The position numbers were made by a program, and so were the translations under genes. From Octopus vulgaris (lineage: Eukaryota): a DNA stretch of 64,000 bases. The stretch is taken from contig OX597833.1 in the NCBI GenBank assembly GCA_951406725.2, forward strand, positions 32,860,001 through 32,924,000, in the 5' to 3' direction. Below are positions 55,049 to 64,000 of this stretch, piece after piece; the first letter of the stretch is position 1, and the number at the start of each line of letters is the position of its first letter. The notes under the pieces are model-generated. The model made no database searches. It was not told where the DNA came from and saw only the letters and a program-made list of their open reading frames with translations.

Positions 55049-55387
55049 TTAAAATTAAAGGAAAAAATTTAGTCAATAGACTATACATTATTCAGAGAAG
55101 AATACAGTGTGCATTCAAGCACATAACAGATACCCGAAAAATAGGATATCTAACTCACTAGAAAGAGCAGTTAAACTCCAAGCCACTAATTGTTGTAATT
55201 CCGAAAGTGATTGAAAAATAAATAAGGTAAAAGTTTTTCAGTCACTTTCGGAATTACAACAATTAGTGGCTTTGAGTCTAACTGCTCTTTCTAGTCAATC
55301 AGATATCCTATTTTTCGGGTATCTCTTATGTGTTTGAATGTACACTGTATTCTTCTCGCTCTCTCACTCTCTCTCTCTCTCTCTCTC

Positions 55388-55418
<31 letters not shown>

Positions 55419-56545
55419 TTACTCACAGGCAGACACATTTATACATATATACACTATTTTATATGCATGTATGTAGATATGTATTATCTAAATATTAGAA
55501 TTTCTTATTCTTAAATGATATGAGTAAAAGTACGGCTGATAGCCAGTGTTGGTTTGTTTATATCACCGTATCTTAGCGTTTTGTCAAAAGAAACTGACAA
55601 AATAAGTAGCAAGCTTAAAAAGTACTTGGTACAATTTATTCGACTAGAACATATATATATCGTTCATTTCTGGTTTTACTTGTTTCTCGCACACACACAT
55701 ACATAAATGCATACATACATATATATGTATATCTGTAGTCATTGTCTATATACATACAAGCATAGGTATGTGATGTTTGTAAGTATGTATGTATGTATGT
55801 ATGTATGTATGTATGTATGTATGTATATATGTATGTATGTATGTATGTATGTTTATACATACGTCTGTATAAGTAAAAAGAAGATCGCTTTAGTATTTCC
55901 CTCCATTTCTATGACCTCACCTCAATTCAGATGGTGTAATATCAATACCGTCAGTGGTCAGAGCACTCTGGATTTCTGTCACGGCAAGTTGCTCCAGTTC
56001 CTGTGTAGCTTCTTTGATAAGGAGATCGAATGCTGAAATGTACGCAGAAAGTTAGATCCAATGAAAGCACATACGAATAAAAACATTCACTCATAGCCAA
56101 TGCATAAATCACAGCTCATCACACTGCTGTGCATTTAAGCTCAGATGGCCGTGAGTACAAATTGTTTGGAATTCTACAAGTCTGTATCAGCCGAAAAAAT
56201 CGAAAGAAATTTCTTCAATTATATAGTTTAGATGTAAATAGTTGAAGCTAAAATCACTGCGAAATATTTTCATTATACGCACAAGATACGCGTACACACG
56301 TACGCACACATACATGAACAGACACACACAAACACACAGAGATATACACACACACACAGAGTCACACATTCACACATACCACATGCATCGACACGTCAGA
56401 CGTACATACACATACATACAGGTATACTTAAACTACACATCCATTACTAGATGATCGTTGAAGACTTACCTTCTTTCTCAACCATAGATGTGATTGAGAA
56501 AGCCTGGCAGGCAGCTACGAAAAGGATGGCAAGGTAGAACTTCAT
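50933..56545 (-). CDS. Secreted, predicted alpha-helical protein of unknown family, 278 aa, 7 coding exons (56545-56470, 56032-55921, 54161-54062, 53511-53385, 52964-52897, 51887-51696, 51094-50933)
   Basis: All introns are GT-AG with matching phases (1,2,0,1,0,0); 837-nt open frame; signal peptide MKFYLAILFVAACQA; internal KR site; ends ..KPTSAPIF*. Confidence 0.9.
54540..54790 (+). mobile_element. SINE family A, 3' half (intronic)
   Basis: Diverged homology to the family A tail. Confidence 0.7.
55094..55357. repeat. Intronic fold-back element with ~125-bp arms
   Basis: 55094-55217 vs 55234-55357. Confidence 0.85.
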
Positions 56546-57760
56546 CTTGTCACTGAAAAAAACAACACGAGAAATATATGTATAAATATATCTGCCAAAT
56601 CTAGCAATGAAAGCAGAATAACCAACTTAGTTGACCCTTCGTTCACCACAGCTCTCCTCTGTTTATCTCTGGGAATTAAGGAATATGCAACAATTGCACA
56701 AAAGCAACCAGCAAATGCTGGTAACATTACGAAGCAGTCAGCAAGATCGCAAACACCCAGTTCAAAGATAGCGACTAGCCATAAACTTAGTATTTAAATT
56801 CTAAGCTGGGATGCTTTATAAGAAGATAAAACTGATCGTAGAATCTGATGAGAACTTGAATTTATCACATGTAAAACGACAAAGTAGACTGGGCATGATT
56901 TCAACCGAGGATGCAAACGGAAGTACTGCACTTGGACAGATTTCATCATCGCAATACAAATCTGTAGAAGAGAAACAAAGTCCAATGACTTTAGTTCCAC
57001 CAGTTTACTGAATAGCAGTGCATTGCAAAACGTATCGGTGAATACGAAGGGCCATATACATATATATACAAGGATAGTGCCCCAGCATTATCGCAGATTT
57101 TCGTTAACTTTTGATGAGAAATGTTTATAGCCTTGTGTTTGCCCACGTCGTATGTGTAATACGGCTTTTGCAAAGCCTCATAATTTACTATTGACTATTT
57201 GGCTATTGATCGAATTATATTTTTGTTAAGATGATTTGTTCGTACTATACATATGTGTGTAGACCCGTGTGTGTTACATGAAGAATAAAGTGCCAGTGCA
57301 TGATGGTGGATTAGGCGATATACTAGTGTTGGACGAAATGCCTTATAACTGAATTTGCCTTCGACTGTTCTTAGTTTTCCCAATGGACGACAACGCAGTG
57401 TGGAAAGGGAGTGGACTGCTGCCTTGGTAAATAGAGGTCTTTCATAAGAATAATGGATTTCCTCACAGAGGTTTGTATCACGGAAAGAAATTATTCCAGA
57501 TCCAAATAACTTATATATTATGTATGTATGTATGTATGTATGTATGTATGTATGTATGTATGTATGTATGTATGTATGTATGTATGTATGTATGTATGTG
57601 TGTATGTATATATGCATGTATGCATGTATGTATGTATTATGTATGCATGTATGTATGTATGTATGTATGTATGTATGTATGTATGTATGTATATATGTAT
57701 GTATGTATGTATGTATGAAAGTAAGCATATATGCGGCAGCGTATTCAAAACAGTTCTTAC

Positions 57761-57812
57761 CTGAGAGTAAGTGAATTTGATGGGACTGATTTGTCTGCCG
57801 GCGATATTTATA
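57761..57812 (-). promoter_or_regulatory. Putative core promoter and short 5'UTR exon of the host gene
   Basis: TATAAATA (57812-57805), Inr-like TCAGT (57789-57785), donor CAG|GTAAG at 57761; acceptor ttttcag at 56553, 7 nt before the ATG. Confidence 0.7.
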
Positions 57813-58141
57813 CTCTTCCAATCACGTGTATATGTAATTCATTGTATGTGATTCAAGCTGTGTCTATCAACTTCGACGAAAACATGCGTACTCACAAAGG
57901 CGCATACATACGAATAGTAAGGGACATACACCCTCTCACACATATATTTTATCTGTAAATATTGGTGCATATGTACGTATATACATAGATACGTGTTTAC
58001 ACACAGACATACACACACATATACACTTACATACATGTATACATATATATATCTATATATATACATACATACATACTTGTATATATGTATGTGTGTATGA
58101 GTGTGTTTATATATATATATGTATATGTATGTTCGTGTAAG

Positions 58142-58180
<39 letters not shown>

Positions 58181-59694
58181 GTTAGCGTGGGAGTATCCGC
58201 GCATGTGTAGAAAGATTACCTACACATAAGGTACCTTCCCACGATTCTTTATCTTCACTGATTAGACACATTCCTCACGACATGGCGCCTCTGTTTTAAC
58301 CCTATCCTTCTTTCATTCGATAGTCTTCAGTCTTAAAAGAAGGAATTTCAAGATGATCCAGTCGCTTGAGGCCAGTTTCTATACTTAAAAATCATCTATA
58401 TCACTGAGATTGCTTTCACCGAAATGTCATTCTTTATACTCATTGTATGCAATGTGCAAATACTTAACTATTAGTTAATAATCTCGTTGTTTATATATTG
58501 TCACTGGTATCCTTCTATGACCTTAGGACATCGCTCAGTCTACCACGATATAAACAGGTGCCATAAAGAACTTGAACACATTTTTGTTGTTAGTTCAGCT
58601 AAATATTGTTTTCAATAGTTCATTATATCATTCAAGTGTCTCGTGGGATGCTGTTGTGTTATAAAGCTTCTTTCAATCTCTAATAGCTATATACGTGTTA
58701 TTATAAGATCGTGCCTTTGAACTTTGTCTTTGAATTTATTTCTTTTCCCGTTACGAAGCCTGATTAACTTAATTTGGAAGCTTCAAAAATATAAAAAAGA
58801 AGAAAAAGAAACCGAAACTGGTTCAGTCATCTCCATCTCTTATATATTTGTGAGACTGGTCCTATGTAAATATTAATATATGTGAACGATTGAAACCACA
58901 TGATGTTGTTCCGATTTTTAACCTCTTCAGGTCATTTACATGGCTAATGATCTTCAGAAGATCTTTAAGGCCCATAGTTCTCATTGCTTATTATCTAGAA
59001 GCCTTAAGCACGTCGTAGAGAAAACAAAAAGAAAAGAAACTAATTTAGAGACGATATGATAATGTCTCGACCAAACATATTGTTTTGAACCTACTAGGGA
59101 ACATGTCATGAGTTAACATTGTCTGTCCCTACATGTTCAACCATATAATGAAGAATCACTAAAAACAGTCATCATGGCTTCCTTTGCAGCTCACTTGCTC
59201 TTGAACTTCTTAGGCCTTGGGGTAGATGTCTGACCACATTCCATAAACTGAGACTTAGGAATCGGTTGTGTTTCAATCCCTCAGACGAGATCGGAAAAAT
59301 ATGTTTTCATTGGAGTCAAGAGCTTCCATTGAATCAAAATAGATTTCCATCTTTCTATGTATTATTTCAACTATCAACCACTGAATTAACGACTTTGTAC
59401 ACTGTTTAGGATACCCAAAGTCTTCCTCCATCTACTGTAATGCATAATAATCACAGTCTTGTCATGCATCGAGCTTATGCATTATGCCACTTCTGGCTGC
59501 ACAAATCAGTTCATCCATTTATATATCTGATACTCTACCTCTAATTTCTCCTTTGTTCGTCTAACAACACTTTCTCCCCTCAATAAACTAGATTGTGCAT
59601 GAAGTATTGGGGAAAGAATCATATTGAAAAACTTTGTGTTGTTTCGAATATATATGACAGCATAATCATTTCGTCTGCATTCCTTTTCCGTTAG

Positions 59695-60057
<363 letters not shown>

Positions 60058-60266
60058 TTGAACTTAAAAATGGTTTATGACTATTTAATTTTTTCCCACT
60101 AGGCCGCTGGTGGCAAAAGAATTCTACAAAATATTTTTTGCCACCCTATATTGATTAATTATATATATATATATGTATATATATTTATATATACATACAT
60201 ACATACATATATATATCGATATATAGATAGAAAATAGATACATACATACACACACTCACACACACA

Positions 60267-60304
<38 letters not shown>

Positions 60305-60305
<1 letters not shown>

Positions 60306-60585
60306 GCTCGACAAGGCTATCAGATGTTGCTACACATCTCTAGTCACAATGCGCTTCGGATTTTTTTAGCCTTCAAATGACGCCACCCTGCTGGCTAAGC
60401 GAGCAGGCCAACACAAGAAAAAATGAGATAAATTTGTGGCGAAAGAGTACAGCAGGGATCGCCACCACCACCCTGCGGGAGCCTCAATAAACACTCAATA
60501 AACACTCAAAACGCCTGCTCCGGGAATCGAAACCACGATCCTACGACCGTGAGACCGCTGCCCTAATCACTGGGCCATTGCGCCT

Positions 60586-60588
<3 letters not shown>
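60305..60588 (-). mobile_element. SINE family B
   Basis: Reverse complement of 17205-17478. Confidence 0.8.
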
Positions 60589-60629
<41 letters not shown>

Positions 60630-61185
60630 CCAACATTTTACAGATTGATAGATCTGTGAAATGACAATTTTATTCCCGTTCATTATATGAACTAATATAA
60701 AACGTTCAGTGGAATTCTCAGGTACGAAATTAACTATCGGGCATATTTTAAATCCCTTTCGTGATATGAATTACTACAGATTTTAGAAAAAAAATTATCT
60801 ACAAGATATGTTTAACAGCGTTCATGTTATAGGTTCATCGGATCTCCTACCAGTCTCTTATAATGGCTATTGTTTTTAGACATTGCGCACTATAATCAAA
60901 TACTTTCGTGGAATAAATATAAGACATGCTACATTTGGTGCAATTCACGTAAGTACATTTTCGCTTTCAGCTCACTAATTTTTTCAACAACACCCAAACA
61001 ATATGAAAGGGTACTGGAAACAACATAATTTAGCTGACACCGAATTAAACTTATTCTTTGGAGGAATGTTTTAACTGTCAGCTATGTAGAAAGTAGCATT
61101 GGACATATTCGGACAAAATTTATATTTGTAGAAATATATAAAGAATAAAAATATTTATAAATTGTATAACTGTCATGATGTGTAT

Positions 61186-61223
<38 letters not shown>

Positions 61224-61539
61224 AAGGAGGAGGAGGAGGAGGTGGAGGAGAGAGAAAACGAAGATGAAATAGTGTAAAATATCATAAAACCTCTATCAGT
61301 CTTATAGTGATTGAAAGAGCCATTTCACACTGAATTAAAATGAGTTTTCTGAGTTAAATCTGTAGTTGAAATCTTTAGTACTAAAAGAAGCCCGAGAATT
61401 CATTTTAACAATAAAATATATTTTGAAATTAGAATTTTTAAGAATTTTTTAGGAAGCGTAGACTTTAATAATTGCTTTCCTTTCGTAAAAGTTGCATACT
61501 CATAATTAATATGCAACTTCCGATGTTTACAGCAGGGCT

Positions 61540-62235
61540 TGGAAGAAAGGTGTGTAGCGCGTGATCGTCGCATTGACCATGAAAGAGAAAGTTGAATGGA
61601 GTATCTGCATCAGATTTTGCCAAAAGCTTGACCATACCTGCCCAGAGGCCAACGCAAAGTTTTCAAAAATGTTTCATCGTTCTGGACACAATCAAAGAGT
61701 TCTTGTATAACTGAAACCCGAGTGACTATTTGGTCATCTGAAAGCAGTTTTGGCGTCTCATACCCAAATCTTCAGTGATTATAGACTGAAGTGAACCGTA
61801 ACTAATCTTTACACCTTTTGATAACTCACGGATGGTGATTCGACAATTTCTCCTCACCGATGCATGCATATCTGCGATGTTTATCTCAGTTCTGCTGGTT
61901 GCGAGTCTCCCAGAACATTCGTCAATATCGACATTTTTCGGTCAACTTGGAAACGTCTGTACCACTCGTACTGTTCGTACGGCTCATATTCTCCTCTCCA
62001 TACAGTTTCTGCTACTTTGTGTAGGCCCCTGAGCAGGTGTCGCCATGACAACTGTCTCTCTCATGGTCAATACGACGATTACACGCTACACAATTTCCTT
62101 CCAAGCAGTGCTGTAAACAGCAGAAGTGAGTGAGAACGTTAGATCATAATGCGCATGTACAGAAATTTTTTCACAGTCAGTCTGTGCCAAACAGCTTTAT
62201 TGCGCATGCTTTAGCTTCGTTACTAAGCAACAGTC
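61540..62235. mobile_element. Decayed mariner-like remnant
   Basis: CIRFCQKL HTH-start-like segment on +; RSSWPKNVD..DHHP-like segment on minus. Confidence 0.4.
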
Positions 62236-63102
62236 TGGATATTTATTGATCAGACCTCATACAACAAAACGTGAAAGTTATGAGTAAACAAGCCGAAGAG
62301 TATGAATTATCCTAAACTCCTCCCCACAAAATTTTCTGAACATTTTGATATAATCGTGATCTACATAGATTGTAATTATATCAAAAATTGATGTGAAAGA
62401 GACTTGTAGAATGTTTCGATTAAATATACCCATTTTTATAAAAGTTATGAGGAAACAAAATCGAGATCTGGGAATTATCCGAAACTTTTCACTCTTCAGC
62501 CCCGAATAAAATTTCCGTTTTGAATTCCTCTACAATCGTAATCTAAACTATATGATTCGTATCTGAAGAAAATTTCATTAAAAATATCAATTTTTTAGAA
62601 AGCTATGAGGAAACAAACTCGGGTGGTGGACACTTTCTTAGTGATACCGAAATATAAACAGAAACTTTAAAAACCACTATCTCGAAATGTATAAGAATTA
62701 GAGTCGCAGTGAATAAAAATTTGTTTTTGGAGTGACTGAAGAAGGTCGAGTTTTCAACGTGAAAACCACATATTCAAGAAAATGTATTGAATTTGAAATA
62801 TATAAAAAGTTAGGAGTCCAAACGAATTACGAAGCGGCTTTCATTATTATAGTCTCTCTGTAACTCACTCCCTCTCTCTCTACCTCTGTGTACATTCATA
62901 CACACACACACACGCATATATATATATATATATATATAAAGGCTCGCTTCGAGATTTGCATTCCCTCGCGTTCGGTACAAAATATGTTTATTATGGTATT
63001 TTTTCACTTTAAGAGTCCCTCTTAGCGTGAGACATTTACGTATAGATATAAATAAATATATTTAAAGTGAATAATAAATTTTCCCTTATGAGGTTTTTTC
63101 AC

Positions 63103-63246
63103 TCTAGTACTTATTCTATCGGTCTCTTTTGCCGAACCACTAAGTTACGGGGGCGTAAAGACCAACATAGGTTGTCAAGCGATGTTGGGGGACAAACACA
63201 GACACACAAACATATACACACACACGTACATACAAACACATACACC

Positions 63247-63316
<70 letters not shown>

Positions 63317-63495
63317 TATATATATATATACATATATACGACGGGCTTCTTTCAGCTTCCGTCTACCAAATCTTCTCACAAGGCTTTGGTTGGCCCGAGG
63401 CTATAGTAGAAGGCACTTGCTCAAGGTGCCACGCAGTGGGACTGAACCCGGAACCTTGTGGTTCGTAAGCAAGCTACTTACCACACACCCACTCC

Positions 63496-63497
<2 letters not shown>
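63103..63497 (-). mobile_element. SINE family A
   Basis: Reverse-complement homolog of 13250-13560. Confidence 0.85.
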
Positions 63498-63546
<49 letters not shown>

Positions 63547-63869
63547 GTGTGTGTATGTCTATAAATATACCTATATAAATAAACACGCATACACACACTC
63601 ACATATAAATGTGTGTGCTTGTGTGTGTGTCTGTATGTGTGTGTTCCCCACCGATCGTCTTGGGTATACAGATCGATTAACATATATATACGTTAATCCG
63701 TTTGTACTATTAAATTGTCAAGTGTGAATAAATATTTATTTTATGTATAAATGGACTCTTGATGTACTTTAAATATTTATGCTTATGGTATAGAAAAATG
63801 TATCTTATTTGTATAGAAATAAAGATGCTGAGCTGCCAGAATTGAAGCACGGTGGATGAAATGCTTAGC

Positions 63870-63928
<59 letters not shown>

Positions 63929-64000
63929 ATGTACATTTAAACAGAAGTGAAAATACCCATAACATGTAATTTTATACGCTAGAAGTAGCCAAAATGAACA

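Noticed and set aside
55200-55310. Hammerhead in the intronic fold-back
   Set aside because: The core does not fit CUGANGA and stems I/II cannot be formed convincingly.

Overview
AT-rich, microsatellite-dense eukaryotic (animal) DNA. The SINE families and repeat landscape resemble octopus/cephalopod genomes; this is an inference, not a database result. Main contents: (1) A head-to-tail array at 1.46-9.16 kb of three ORF1-only non-LTR retroelement units (RRM-like region, one CCHC zinc knuckle, K/E-rich linker; units 1 and 3 intact), abutting a fourth L1/Tx1-type element with ORF1 and a 3'-truncated AP-endonuclease ORF2. More divergent ORF1-type copies lie at ~19.4, 34.7 and 35.8-37.5 kb, and most share conserved 3'UTR hairpins. 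(2) Many Penelope-like (GIY-YIG/RT) remnants and (TA)n-embedded palindromic mini-elements carrying hammerhead-ribozyme-like cores. (3) Tc1/mariner elements (DD37D and DD34D), Helitron-like ends and tRNA-derived SINEs. (4) One complete host gene on the minus strand (50.9-57.8 kb, 7 coding exons) encoding a 278-aa secreted, helical protein of unknown family. The best candidate for an undescribed system is the ORF1-only (HAL1/HeT-A-like) retroelement family stacked at a shared 22-nt junction. Most other ORFs in the track are microsatellite or antisense artefacts.
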